Shown here in pieces: positions 18,334 to 31,083 of a stretch of DNA of 64,000 nt. The notes under the pieces are model-generated. The model saw only the letters and a program-made list of their open reading frames with translations, was not told where the DNA came from and ran no database searches. The translations under genes were made by a program, and so were the position numbers. This DNA comes from an uncultured Actinomycetes bacterium (lineage in GTDB: Bacteria; Actinomycetota; Thermoleophilia; RBG-16-64-13): positions 1,311,432 through 1,375,431 of the forward strand of contig CAWFCL010000004.1 of the NCBI GenBank assembly GCA_963814365.1, written 5' to 3'. How positions within the stretch are numbered: the first letter of the stretch is position 1; the number at the start of each line of letters is the position of its first letter.

Positions 18334-21300
18334 TTGCTCTCGCGTGAGCAGGGTACCTCTTACCCAAGCGAAGTAAGTTCGAGTACTTGTCACCACAAGG
18401 GGGCCCACATAAAATCGCGATGGTCGATCTCCAACGGACCACGGCAGCAGCCGCAAACCGAAGCTGTCACCGGAGTGACGCTGTCTGAACTCCTGAGTTC
18501 AGACCAGCTGAAGCACCACGCGGCGAAGCTGGCCACGTACCACCCGGTCGATCGAAATGCGGGCGAAGACCGGCTGCTCCCCCGGCTGGCCCAAAACGAG
18601 TCCATCATCGTCCAGGCCTACAGCGTGGTCACACGCGCGGCCTCCGCCGGACAAGCGATCACGCCCGCCGAGACCTGGCTGCTAGACAACTTCTACCTTA
18701 TAGAGCAACAGATAGCTCTGGCCCGCCGCCATCTGCCTCGCGACTACAGCCGCCAATTGCCCCGCCTGAGCGAAGGCCCCTTGGCCGGATATCCCCGCAT
18801 CCACGACCTGGCACTCGACCTGATCGCCCACCAAGACGGCCGCATAGACCGCGATAACACCGGATCGTTCATCGCCTCTTACCAGTCGGTAGAACCCTTA
18901 GAGCTTGGTGAACTGTGGGCCTTCCCCATCATGTTAAGACTGGGTCTGCTCGAGAACATCGGCCGGGTAGCGACCAGGATCGCCCGACGACGCGCAGAGC
19001 GTGATCTCGCGGTCAAGTGGGCGGACCGCCTGCTTGTGACTGCCGAGGAACAACCTAAGCGCCTGATCCACTTGCTGGCCGAGCTAGCTGAGGCTCCTGT
19101 GTCGCTCACCGCCACGTTCGTCGAGGATTTCTATGCCCGCCTCCAAGACCACGGACCTGTGATAGGCGTAGTGCAGGCCTGGCTGGAACATCAGCTTTCG
19201 CAAGAAGGCGTCAGCACCTCAGGGCTTCTGGACATGGCCAGTCGTGCGGCTGCCTCTGATCAGATCTCCATCGCCAATAGCATAGGCAGTCTCCGCTTCA
19301 TCTCAGCCCTCGATTGGGGACAGTTCGTAGAGGATCTTAGTCCGGTGGAGCAACTCCTATCCACCGATCCGGCCGGCGTCTACTCCGCCCAGGACTTCGC
19401 GACCCGCGACCGATACCGGCACGTCGTCGAAGCGGTAGCGCGAGGGACCCAGCAGAACGAGTCAGAAGTGGTCCGCGCTGCCCTTGCTCTCGCCCAGGCT
19501 GCGGCGGACCGGTCGGGTGTCCAAGACCGCACTGCCCACGTGGGCTACTACCTGGTAAGCCGAGGCAGACGCTCCCTCGAGCAGGCAGTCGGCAGCCGGG
19601 TACCACTGCTGACCAGACTGGCTCGAGTGCCCCGCCCTCTGCGTCTCTTCTCGTACGTTGCCCCCATCGTCATCCTTAGTGCCATAGCCGTCGCCCTACC
19701 GATCGCCTACGCAACCGCGCTAGATCGTGCCTATGTCGAGCTCATCTTCTTCACGCTGGTGGGGTTCCTGGCCGCCTCGGCACTGGTAGTGCCCGTAGTC
19801 AACCAGCTTGTCACCGTCATGCTGCCCCCGCGGGTACTACCGCGACTAGACTTCCACGACGGCATCCCCAAGGCTCATCGGACGCTGGTCGTCATCCCCA
19901 CGCTCGTGGGGTCTCCTGATCAGGTGACAGCGCTGCTAGAGGCTCTGGAGGTGCGCTATCTGGGGAACCGCGACCCCAATCTGTTCTTTGCTCTGCTCAC
20001 CGATTTCAATGACGCCTCCGAGCAGAGGCGGCCCGGCGACGACGAGTTACGCGCTCATCTGCGGACCGGCGTCGAGACTCTCAACGAGACCTATGCCGAA
20101 GATGGCCAAGACGTCTTCTACCTGTTCCACAGGCAGCGAGTCTGGAATCCGCGCGACCGCGTGTGGATGGGATACGAGCGAAAGCGCGGCAAGCTCGAGC
20201 AGTTGAACGCTCTGCTGCTCGCCGCCCGTGCGGACGACGAGCGGCCGCAGCCAGAAACCGAGCAGTCTCGGACCAAGGCGGCTCGAGGCGTTCTGTGACA
20301 TCGTCGGCGACCAGTCGCTCCTGGGCTCTATCCGCTATGTCATCACCCTGGACACCGACACCCAGCTGCCCCGCGACACCGCCCGTCTGCTTGGTGGGCA
20401 ACATGGCCCATCCGCTCAATCGACCCGTGTACGACTCCGCACATGGACGGGTCGTGAGGGCTACGCCATCCTGCAGCCCCGAACGTCCATCAGCCTCACC
20501 AGCACCAGCAGTTCCCGCTTCACGCGCCTCTTTGCGGGCGAGGCCGGCATCGACCCGTATACGCGTGAGATATCGGACGTCTACCAGGATCTCTTCGGCG
20601 AAGGCTCGTTCGTGGGCAAGGGCATCTACGACGTGCGAGGCATTCTCCAGGGCTGTCGCCGGGCGCTTTCCCGAGAACCTGATACTCAGCCACGACCTGC
20701 TCGAGGGCTGCTACGCGCGCTCGGCTCTGGTGACCGATGTCGACCTGATCGAAGAGCATCCCATCAGCTACACCATGGACGCCAGCCGCAGACACCGCTG
20801 GACCAGGGGCGACTGGCAACTGGCCGGCTGGCTGCTGCCGCGCGTGCCCGGTCCCGCACGGAAAGCGACAACGCAATCCACTCTCGCTTGCTCTCGATCT
20901 GGAAGCTGTTCGACAATCTGCGCCGCAGCCTGCTGCCGGCCGCGCTTCTTGCGCTGTGGCTGGGAGGATGGTTCTGGCAGCACGGCTACTTCTGGCTGTG
21001 GCCGCTGTCTGGTGGCCGGCGCGTTCTTCGGCCCGGTGATCGATCGCGGGACTGATCGACCTGGTGCGAAAGCCGGCTGAGCGCAGGTGGCTGCTGCACT
21101 TCGAACCTGACGGCCAAGTCCTTGGCTCGACCACTGTCTGCGCGCCTTGCTCGGGCTGGTCTTCTTGCCTTACGACGCACTGATCTATCTGGGCGCCATC
21201 TTCCGCGCGATGACGAGCCTGCTCATCACGCGGCGAGGGCTGCTGCTGTGGCAGTTGCCCTCGTACAAGCGGCGAAACTCCCGCAGCACCCCGCTGGAGG

Positions 21301-24300
21301 TTCTACGCTGGAGATGTGGGTGGCCCCCTTCTTGGCGCTCGCGCTTGGCGTCGCGCTCGTCTTCTGGCCTCGCCTCCCGTTGGCCGAGTGGCCCTTCGTC
21401 GCCCCCTTCGTCTTGCTCTGGCTCGCCAGCCCCCTGGTCGGCTGGTGGATAAGCAGGCCTCTGCGGGCACCATCCGCCGAGCTGGGCGAGACACCAGCGA
21501 GTGTTCCTGCGGGCGATGGCCCGACGCACCTGGAGGTTCTTCACCGATTTCGTCGGTCCGGCCGACAACTGGTTGCCTCCCGACAACTACCAGGAATATC
21601 CGGCCGCGGTGGTCGCCCATCGCACCTCGCCCACCAACATGGGCATGGCCTTGCTCGCGAACCTGGCGGCACACGACTTCGGCTACATCTGCACAGGCGA
21701 ACTGCTGCGTCGCACCGAGCGCGCTCTACGTACCATGGAGAAGCTTGAGCGTTTCCACGGGCACTTTCTCAACTGGTACGACACCCAGACCCTGGCGCTC
21801 TGCACCCTGAGTACATCTCGGCAGTAGATAGCGGCAATCTCGCCGCAAGCCTTCTGGCACTCAGGGCGGGTCTGCTGGAACTGAAGCAGCAGCCGCTGCT
21901 CCGCCGCAGGCCTTCCAGGGCATCGAGGACACCTTGCTGCAGCTGGCCGCGCACGACACCGCCTCCCCGACCCCGGACCTCCAGAGTCACATCGCCGCGT
22001 CTGCGGGAGCCACTGCGCTCTGCACGATGGCCACCCCGAGCACGCCGACGGTGCGGCGCTGCGAGTATCGCAAGCGGCGCAGTCGCTACTGCAGAAGCTC
22101 TGCATGGACAGCAGGGACCTTCTGGACGCGCTCCCGCCCGATGCCGACCAGGAGCTCAAGTACTGGGCCAGAGCGCTCAACCGACAGTGCCGCAGGTACT
22201 GTGACGATCTGCGCTCGGTGTTGCCCGAGCCAGAACGGTTCCTCACCATGCCCACCCTGGAGCAAGTGGCTCACCCGGAGCGCATGCAGGACCATCGACT
22301 GCCCTGGCCGCCCGCTGCCAAGATCTGGCGACATGGACTTCGCCTCGTCTACGATCACGTCGCGGCAACTGCTCAACATCGGCTATGACCTGGGTGAGCG
22401 CCGTCGCGATCCTTCTTGGTACGACATGCTGGCTTCTGAGGCCCGCCTTACCAGCTACCTGCTCATCGCGCAGGGCCAGGTGCCCCAGAAGCACTGGTTC
22501 GCCCTGGGCCGTCTGCTGACCAGCCGCGGAGGCGACCTCAGCCTGATGTCGTGGAGCGGCTCCATGTTCGAGTACCTCATGCCGCTGCTCTTCTTGCCAA
22601 GCTACGAGAACACCCTGCTGGACCAGGCCTGCCGGGCCGCCATCGCGCGCCAGATCGACTACGCACACCAACGCCACGTGCCCTGGGGGATCTCCGAGTC
22701 GTGCTACAACGCGGTGGACATGAACCAGGTCTACCAGTACCGGGCCTTCGGCGTGCCCGGGTTGGGCTTCAAGACCGGCCTGGCGGACGATCTGGTCATC
22801 GCCCCCTACGCGAGCGCCTTGGCCCTGACCGTCGTCCCCCGCGAGGCCTGCCGCAACCTGCAGGCCCTCAGCAACGCTGGACTCTCGGGGCGACTACGGC
22901 ATGTACGAAGCCGTCGACTACACACCGTCCCGGCTGCTTCCGGACTCCGACCACGCTGTGGTTCGCAACTTCATGGCGCACCACCAAGGCATGAGCTTCT
23001 TGGCGATCGCCCACGCACTGCTCGGACCGGCCCACCCAGCGCCGGTTCACCTCCGACCCGCAGGTGCAGACGGCCGACATGCTGCTGCAGGAGCGCATAC
23101 CCAAGCAGACCGTCACCATCCTGCCACGCACCTCCCAGATGGAAGCGGGGCGGCCCTCGGCCGACCGAGGCGGCCGCCGTACAAAGGGTGATGACCGACC
23201 CCGACACGCCGCTCCCCGAGGTGCATCTGCTGTCCAACGGCAACTACCACGTCATGGCCACCCAGGCCGGAGGCGGTTACAGCCGCTGGCGCGACCTGGC
23301 CGTCACTCGCTGGCGCGAAGACGCCACCTGCGACAACTACGGTACCTTCATCTACCTGCGCGATCCTGGACACAGGGCAGTACTGGTCCACCGCCTACCA
23401 GCCGACGCGCAAGCAAGCCCGACCGCTACGAGGCGGTCTTTGTCCAGGCACGCGCCGAGTACCGCAGACGCGACCACAAGATCGATTCACACACCGAGGT
23501 CTGCGTCTCTCCCGAGGACGACGTCGAGATCCGCCGCGTCACCCTCACCAACCATCTCCGACAGTGACGCGCGAGATAGAGGTCACCAGCTATGCCGAAG
23601 TGGTCATGGCACCCTTGGATGCCGACCTTGCCCATCGTGCGTTCAGCAACCTCTTCGTATCCACCGAGATACTGCCCGAGCACAAGGCCATACTCTGCCG
23701 ACCGGCGTCCTCGCTCACCGGGCGAAGAGACCCCCTGGATGCTGCACATGCTGTCGGTGTCCTGACTCGCTGGAGCACCCGACCTCGTACGAGACCGACC
23801 GTGCGCGAGTTCTTGGGCCGAGGCAGAACGGCCGCGGATCCGGTCGCGATGGAGACAGACCTGTCCAACACCGCAGGGTCCGGTGCTCGACCCGATAGTG
23901 GCCATACGCACCAGACTCGACGCTGGCACCGGACGAATCGCAGTCGGTGCGTACTGATCCGGGCATGGCCGAGACCCGCGAGGCCGCCTTGGCCATGATC
24001 GCCAAGTACCACGACCGCCACTTCATCGAGCGCGCCTTCGAGATGGCCTGGTTCGAGAGTCAGGAACTGCTTCGCCTGCTCGGTATCACCGAAGCGGACG
24101 CCCAGACCTACGGCCACATGGCCACGTCGGTCATTCATGCGAGCGCTCTGCGTCGCTCTTCCCCCGGCGTCATCGCCCGCAACCAGCTCGGCCAACCCGG
24201 GCTCTGGCGCTTCGGCATCTCGGGCGACCTGCCCATCGTGCTGGTCAAGATATGGCGACTCCAGCCGCATCGACCTCGTGAGACAAGCGCTAAGGGCACA

Positions 24301-27108
24301 CGCTTACTGGCGCAAGAAGGGGCTGGCGACCGACCTGCTCATCTTGAACGAGGACTACTCCGGATACCGCGCGGCCCTTCAGGACGAGATCATGGGTCTG
24401 ATAGGAGCGGGACCCGAAGCCTCCCCTGCTCGACAGGCCAGGTGGCGTCTTCGTCCGACGCTCGGAGGAACTCTCCGAAGAGGACCGGGTGCTGTTTCAG
24501 ACCGTCGCCCGTGTCGTGCTCACCGGCTCAACAGAGAATCGCTGGCCGAACCTGCGCAGCGCCGCTCGACGTCCGACCGCGCGCCCGCCTCTGCTGCAAC
24601 CTTCGCGTCGCCCGCGAGAGAGGAAGATCGAGCCCCTGCCGACACGCGAGAGCATCTTCCCCAGCGGTCTGGGCGGCTTCACTCCCGACGGCCGCGAGTA
24701 CGTCATCAGCATGGAGCCCGGTCAGAGCACTCCCGCGCCGTGGACCAACGTCATAGCCAGGCGAGCACATCGGTACCGTGGTCAGCGAGAAGGGCAGCGC
24801 GTATACCTGGGTGGAGAACGCCCACGAGTTCCGTCTGACGACTTTCCAGAACGACCCGGTGAGCGACAGCGGCGGCGAAGCCGTATACCTGCGGGACGAC
24901 GAGACAGGCGCCTACTGGTCACCCACCCCCCTGCCCTGTCCGGGTGAGTCCGGATATGTATGCCGGCACGGGTTCGGATACAGCGTGTTCGAGCACTACG
25001 AAGCGGGCATCTTCTCCGAGCTCACCACCTACGTAGCCGATGGACGCACCCGTGAAGTTCGTCACCGTCAAGTTGTCCAACCGCTCGGGTCGCACCCGCC
25101 GCCTTTCGCTGGCGGCCTACTGGGAGTTGGTGCTCGGCGAATGGCGGCACACCAACTTGATGCACATCGTGACCGAGAAGGACCCGGAGACCGGCGCGCT
25201 GTTCGCCCGCAACGCCTACTCCCGCAGGACCCCGGGCAGGGTCGTGTTCGCCCAGGTCAGTGAGCCCAAACGCAGCGTCACCGGCAGCCGCATGGAATTC
25301 ATCGGGACGCAACGGCTCGCCGTCCGACCCGGCCGCGATGCGTCTCGCGCATCTCTCGGGCAAGACGGGCGCGGGCACTCGATCCCTGCGCCGCCATACA
25401 GACCCCGATCGAGCTGAGCGACGGAGAGGAACGTGAGGTCGTCCTGATCTTGGGGGCCGCCGACAACGCCGACGAGGCCCGCCGCCTTTGCATGAGACTT
25501 TGGAGGTCCGCTCGGCGCACGGCGAGCTCTGGAAGAGGTGTGGCTACACTGGAACCGTCTGCTGGGCACCGTGTACGTCGAGACCCCGGACCGCGGACTC
25601 GATGTGCTCGCCAACGGCTGGCTGGTCTACCAGACACTCTCGTCCCGCTTCTGGGGACGCAGCGGCTACTACCAGTCGGGCGGCGCCTACGGTTTCCGCG
25701 ATCAACTGCAGGACAGCGTCGCCCTGCTCTTCACGACCCCGCAACTCACACGCCAGCACCTGCTACGGTGCGCCGAGCGCCAGTTCCGCGAGGGTGACGT
25801 ACAGCACTGGTGGCACCCCCCGACGGGGCACGGTGTGCGCTCGCACTCCTCCGACGACTATCTCTGGCTGCCGTACGCCACCTGTCACTACGTGAACGCC
25901 ACCGGGGACACCGGCGTACTGGACGAGATGGTGCCCGTTCGTCGAGGGCCGAGAGGTCGCTGAGCAAGAAGAGGCCTACTACGACCAACCTCAGCGCTCG
26001 AGCCGAGGTCGCGACCCTCTATGACCACTGCGTGCTGGCCATCAAACACGGCCTGCGTTTCGGCCGCCACGGTCTGCCGCTCATGGGCTCCGGGGACTGG
26101 AACGATGGCATGAACCTGGTCGGCGCCGGGGGCAAGGGTGAGAGTGTGTGGCTGGCCTGGTTCTTGCTGGAGAACCTGCGCCTCTTCGCGAAGCTGGCCA
26201 AGAGCCACGGAGACGACGACTTCGCCCAGGTCTGCGCGAGCCACGCCGAGGAGCTGCGTGCCAACACCGAAGCGCACGCTTGGGACGGCGAGTGGTATCG
26301 CCGCGCCTACTTCGACGACGACACACCCCTGGGCTCGTCGACCAACGACGAATGCCGCATCGACTCCATCAGCCAGAGTTGGGCGATCCTATCCGGGGCA
26401 GGCGACCCGAAGCATGCCCGCGCCGCCATGAAGGCGGTGGACGAGCTGCTGGTAGATCGGACCGCGGGGCTGGTCAAGCTCCTGGATCCACCCTTTGACA
26501 AGTCGGACATGGAGCCCGGCTACATCAAGGGCTACCTTCCCGGGGTGCGCGAGAACGGCGGTCAATACACGCACGCCGCAGTGTGGGCGGCCATGGCCTT
26601 CGCTCTGGTGGGCGAGACGGAGAAGGCCTGGGAGCTGTTCCGGATGCTGAGCCCCATGAGCCACGCCGGCGACCCGGCGGCTGCCGACGTCTACAAGGTC
26701 GAGCCGTACGTGATGGCCGCCGACATCTACAGCACGGCGCCGCACACGGGTCGTGGAGGCTGGACCTGGTACACAGGCGCCGCCGGTTGGATGTACCGGC
26801 TGGCGGTGGAGACGCTGCTGGGACTGCATCTGGAGGTGGACAGGCTACGTCTGGAGCCCCGAGTGCCCAAGACCTGGGACTCGTACAAGGTCTACTACCG
26901 ATATCGCGAGACCCACTACGCGATAGCGTTCAGGCGGACCGGCGCAGGGACCGCCCCAGGGGCCGCCGGCCGCAACGCTGCCGGTGCCGAACCCATCACC
27001 CGAGTCGTCGTGGACGGCGTCGCTGTGCAGGTGAGCCCCAAGAACGAGGGTATAGTCCCCTTGGTCGACGACCGCCGTGACCACCGAGTAGAAGTCGATT
27101 TCGGCTGA
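18334..27108 (+). pseudogene. ndvB: Cyclic beta-1,2-glucan synthase (NdvB/ChvB-like, GT84 + GH94), heavily frameshifted
   Basis: Homology can be followed through at least 15 ORF fragments that alternate among all three + frames. These include ERKRGKLEQLNALLL, VITLDTDTQLPRD, MAHPLNRPVYDSAHGRVVRGYAILQPR, HDLLEGCYARSALVTDVDLIEEHP, SYLLIAQGQVPQKHWFALGRLLTSRGGDLSLMSWSGSMFEYLMP and the GH94 C-terminus GSGDWNDGMN..WLAWFLLENL ... WTWYTGAAGWMYR. Confidence 0.7.
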
Positions 27109-27124
27109 CGCTGCCGATGCCCGT

Positions 27125-27152
27125 CGCGGGGCTCCAGAAGGAGCCCCGGCGT
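27125..27152. terminator. Bidirectional hairpin terminator between convergent genes
   Basis: Perfect inverted repeat CGGGGCTCC-AGAA-GGAGCCCCG between the ndvB stop (27108) and the aldo-keto reductase stop (27154). Confidence 0.4.
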
Positions 27153-27153
27153 C

Positions 27154-28083
27154 CTACCCCGCCGGCACCGCCTCCATCTCCTCCGCTGACAGCTGCCAGG
27201 CACCTCCGGCCTGCGCGTTAGCGAGTATCTGCTCGGGAGTCGTGGCCCCGGCGATGACCGAGGCCACGCCTTCCTGCGAGAGCAACCAGCCGAATGCCAG
27301 CTCCAGCAGGCTGTGCCCCGCCTCCTGGGCAAACGCGGCCAACTCGCGTACGCGGGCGAGCTTATCCGCGGTGGCTAGGTTGCTGAATTGCGGCAGCGTG
27401 GCCAGCCGGGAGCCCTGGGGCAATTCCGCGCCGTGCCGGTACTTGCCCGTCAGCAGACCAGATTCCAGCGGAAAATAGGGCACGATGCCCAGTCCGTGCT
27501 TGCGGAGCTCGGGGACCATCTCAGCCTCCACCTCGCGAAAGAGGAGGTTCCAATGGATCTGGTCGGCCACGAACCCAGAGAAGTCAAGCCTACCGGCGAC
27601 CGTCACCGCCTGCTCGACGAGCGCCGTGTCGTAGTTGGAGCACGCGATGTGGATCACCTTGCCCGACGCCTGCAGCTCTAAGAGCGTCTCCAGGGCCTCC
27701 TCCACAGGGGCCTCCGGGTCCGGATGATGCTGGTAGTAGAGGTCGATGCGATCGGTGCCCAGCCTGCCCAGGCTGATGTCACACCCCTCCAGTATGCGCT
27801 TGCGCAGTACGCCCGGCCGATACGCCTCGCCCTGAGGCCGGTCTTGGAACTTGGTGGCCACCACCACCGACTCCCGCCTACTGCCCAGGGCCTTACCCAA
27901 GAACACCTCCGACTGCCCGCCTCCGTACATCTCGGCGGTGTCAAAGTGGGTGATGCCGGCATCGAGGGCAGCGTGAACCACCTCAGTGGTCTGACGCTGG
28001 TCCAACTTCCAGCCGAAGTTATTGCACCCCAGTCCGACTACGGATACCTGCGGTCCGGCACTGCCTAGTCTGCGCATCTGCAT
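27154..28083 (-). CDS. Aldo/keto reductase
   Basis: MQMRRLGSAGPQVSVVGLGCNNFG ... HFDTAEMYGGGQSE. Confidence 0.85.
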   Translation of the reverse strand: MQMRRLGSAGPQVSVVGLGCNNFGWKLDQRQTTEVVHAALDAGITHFDTAEMYGGGQSEVFLGKALGSRRESVVVATKFQDRPQGEAYRPGVLRKRILEGCDISLGRLGTDRIDLYYQHHPDPEAPVEEALETLLELQASGKVIHIACSNYDTALVEQAVTVAGRLDFSGFVADQIHWNLLFREVEAEMVPELRKHGLGIVPYFPLESGLLTGKYRHGAELPQGSRLATLPQFSNLATADKLARVRELAAFAQEAGHSLLELAFGWLLSQEGVASVIAGATTPEQILANAQAGGAWQLSAEEMEAVPAG

Positions 28084-29363
28084 GGTGACCTCCGTGGCCG
28101 GTGGGTTGCTTGTCACGCGATAGATACCGCGAGGTCGAGCGGGCTAACCGGCCACCGGGTCGACGGACTCGAGACAGCCCCATGGTCAGCCATAGAGTAA
28201 GACCAAAGGCCGCAAAACCTATCATCAGGACACCTACGAACTCCACCCGCTCCCACACGTCGAGAGAGACCACGGCGGCAGCGACACCACCAAGGATCAT
28301 GCTCGTCGCAAGTATGATCCCCGATACCGAGCCCGCGTCGGCGTCGTGCTGACCCAGCATCAGATAGGTCGATGGGGGTCTCATGCAGGCCAAGCTCACC
28401 GCTGCAGGCAGAAAGGTGAGTATGAACGGCCACGGACCCCGTCTGCCCACAAAGAGCACCAACACGCCGCTCACCAGGATCGAAGCCAAGCAGCCCGTTA
28501 GAATACTGGTGCGCTGGAATCGACGCGACAACAGCATAAAGGTGGGAGCACCGACCGCGATACCGGCGCCGAACAGGGCGAAGAAATAGCTGTAGGTCTG
28601 GCTGCTCAGCCCGAAAGTGACCTCGTAGATGTACGAAGAGGACGCTATGAAGGCCATGCCTGCCATGCCCACCACCGAGAAGATAGTGATCAGAAGGACG
28701 AAATCTCTGTTCTTAATAACCACACCCAACCGCTTCAGCGAGGCCAAGGGATTGCCTGTCAGTCGCTGCGTCAGGGTCTCGGTGTAGAGCAGCGAGCCGA
28801 CGAGGATCGACCGAACCCCATATCCCCTGCGCTACGAAAGCGCCTCGCCACGAAGTGAACCTGAGTATCAGTCCGCCCAGGATAGGAGCCAGTAGCGGGG
28901 CGAGCACGGTCATCGACTGCACCAACGCCAGAGTGGTCTCACGTTTTCGCCCTTCGTAGGAATCCTTGACCACCGCCGTCGCCACAGTGCCGGCCGCTGC
29001 CGCCCCTATCGCCTGCAGCGCCCTAAAGGCCATAAGCTGGAAGACGTTCTGCGACACGGCACACAGGGCACCTGCCAGCGCATAGCACGCCATACCTACG
29101 AGCAGCACGGGCTTGCGGCCAAACCTATCGCTGAACGGACCCCAGAACAGCAAAGCGACTGCGTAGAAGACGAAGAAGAGAGTCAGGGTCAGGTTGGTCT
29201 GGTAGGCCGGGACCCCGAAGTAGGCAGTCATCTTGGGTAAAGCGGGAAGATACAGATCGGTGGAAAAGGCAGGAAAGGCGCTCAGCGCGGCCAACAGAAA
29301 CACCAGCCCAGCTCGTCCCAGATGCTTCTGTTGTACTGTCGTCCCGTCTGTCATCTGACTCAC
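28019..29363 (-). pseudogene. MFS transporter (Bcr/CflA-like), frameshifted paralog of 33926..35137
   Basis: N-terminal half (ORF 28713..29363) and C-terminal half (ORF 28019..28747) each align to the intact paralog at 33926..35137. They lie in different frames, and the break is near 28750-28800. Confidence 0.6.
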
Positions 29364-29515
29364 AAGTTAGCACGCCGCGAACTCATGCTTCGTCGACCCG
29401 CGCCCAGACCCACCCCCAGCAAGTCCCCGGGGCCCCGCCGGGAGTTACTTCACGACTCGCAACATCAATCTGCCATGGTAAGTGAGAACACGCACGACAA
29501 GAGGAGGGTGACCCG

Positions 29516-30982
29516 GTGAAGGCTCATCTTCGACAACTGTGCTGGGCGCTCTGCGTCCTGGCGGTACTGGTGGAAGTGCTCTCTCCCGCCGCGTGCGGAG
29601 GCCCCGCCGGCCCAGACCCTCTGGCCTTCCCAGTGCACGACTATACCGTGGTGTCGAAGAACATGAAGACGCCTACAGGTGAAGTTCCGGTGACCTTTCA
29701 TCTCTACGAAGGCGTCACCTACGTCACTGACCCCGTGGATCCGCTCTACCAGAATCTGAACGTGTGCGTTCCGGTGGAAGTGGACGGAGTCGAAGTCGAC
29801 GCCACCGAGGCTCCCATCCTTATGGTGATCGGAGTAGCCGGCTATTGGTCCAGCAAAGTCGAGGGCACCGGCGGCGTGCTGGACATCAACGCAAGCACGG
29901 CTTTGACGAAGGGTTTCGTGGTGGTCTCAGCGGCCTGCCGCGGCACCGACAACATAGCCGCAGACGGCACGTACTACGGCAAGGCCCCGGCCGCCATAGT
30001 CGATCTCAAGTCCGCGGTCAAATACCTGCACCACAATGACAAGGTGATGCCCGGCAAGGCCGACTGGATAGTCTCGGTCGGCGGCAGTGCGGGCGGCGCC
30101 CTATCGGCGCTTCTGGGCGCTTCAGGTAACAGCGACCTCTACGATTCGTACTTCCAAGAGCTCGGCGTCGCCGAGGCCAGCGACGCCATCTTTGCCAGTG
30201 GGTGTTTCTGCCCCATCATCGATTTAGAGCATGCCGACATGGCCTACGAGTGGATGTTCGGCGCCATGCCTCAGAAGACCGGGGTGGTGATAGACCAGGC
30301 ACTCTCAGCCGGACTCAAGGACGACTTTGCCGTCTATCAGGCGTCACTTGACCTTAAGGGCAAAGATGGCTTCGGCGTCCTGACCGCGGACAACTACGAC
30401 GAATACCTCGTTCAGGCCTACCTCACTCCGGCCGCCTCCAAGTATCTGGCCGATCTGCCGGACGAAGAGCGGGATGAATACCTGGCGGACAACCCGTGGA
30501 TCACGTGGGCCGGCGGCGCGGCTTCGTTCACGTGGGACGACTTTCTGGACTACTTTGAAGCGGTGCAGGGCAGGAAGGATCCACTTCCGGCCTTCGACAG
30601 CTTCAACATGGATTCTCTGGCAAATCTGCTCTTCGGAGACGAGGCCAACGACGGCAGGTACTTCACCGACTACACTCTGCGGAAAGTCACCGGAGACCCG
30701 AACGCTCAGATCGACAGCGAACTCAAGACCATAGTGGAACTCATGAACCCCATGTACTTCGTCGGTAGGGACGACGCCGACTGCGCCGACAACTGGTGGA
30801 TCCGCCACGGTACCATCGACAACTTCACTTCGCTCACCGTGATAACGAATCTGGCTGTGAGCCTCGAGAATCGCGGCAAGAACGTGGACGCGAAGATGTA
30901 CTGGGGCGCCAAACACGGCGCCAACCTGGACCCGGCCGCCTTCATCGACTGGATCGGAGATCTGACCGGCTACAGCATCTAA
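29516..30982 (+). CDS. Secreted alpha/beta-hydrolase, tannase/feruloyl-esterase-like
   Basis: Signal peptide, GGSAGG nucleophile elbow, 488 aa. The family call rests on overall pattern only. Confidence 0.5.
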   Translation: MKAHLRQLCWALCVLAVLVEVLSPAACGGPAGPDPLAFPVHDYTVVSKNMKTPTGEVPVTFHLYEGVTYVTDPVDPLYQNLNVCVPVEVDGVEVDATEAPILMVIGVAGYWSSKVEGTGGVLDINASTALTKGFVVVSAACRGTDNIAADGTYYGKAPAAIVDLKSAVKYLHHNDKVMPGKADWIVSVGGSAGGALSALLGASGNSDLYDSYFQELGVAEASDAIFASGCFCPIIDLEHADMAYEWMFGAMPQKTGVVIDQALSAGLKDDFAVYQASLDLKGKDGFGVLTADNYDEYLVQAYLTPAASKYLADLPDEERDEYLADNPWITWAGGAASFTWDDFLDYFEAVQGRKDPLPAFDSFNMDSLANLLFGDEANDGRYFTDYTLRKVTGDPNAQIDSELKTIVELMNPMYFVGRDDADCADNWWIRHGTIDNFTSLTVITNLAVSLENRGKNVDAKMYWGAKHGANLDPAAFIDWIGDLTGYSI

Positions 30983-31083
30983 GGGTCGGCCAGGGCCCAG
31001 CCGTGTCGGGCGCGGGCGTGATCAGGGGCGGGTCGAGGCTGTAGAGGCATAGGGTCACTCGGCCCAACCCCTATACTCCCCCA

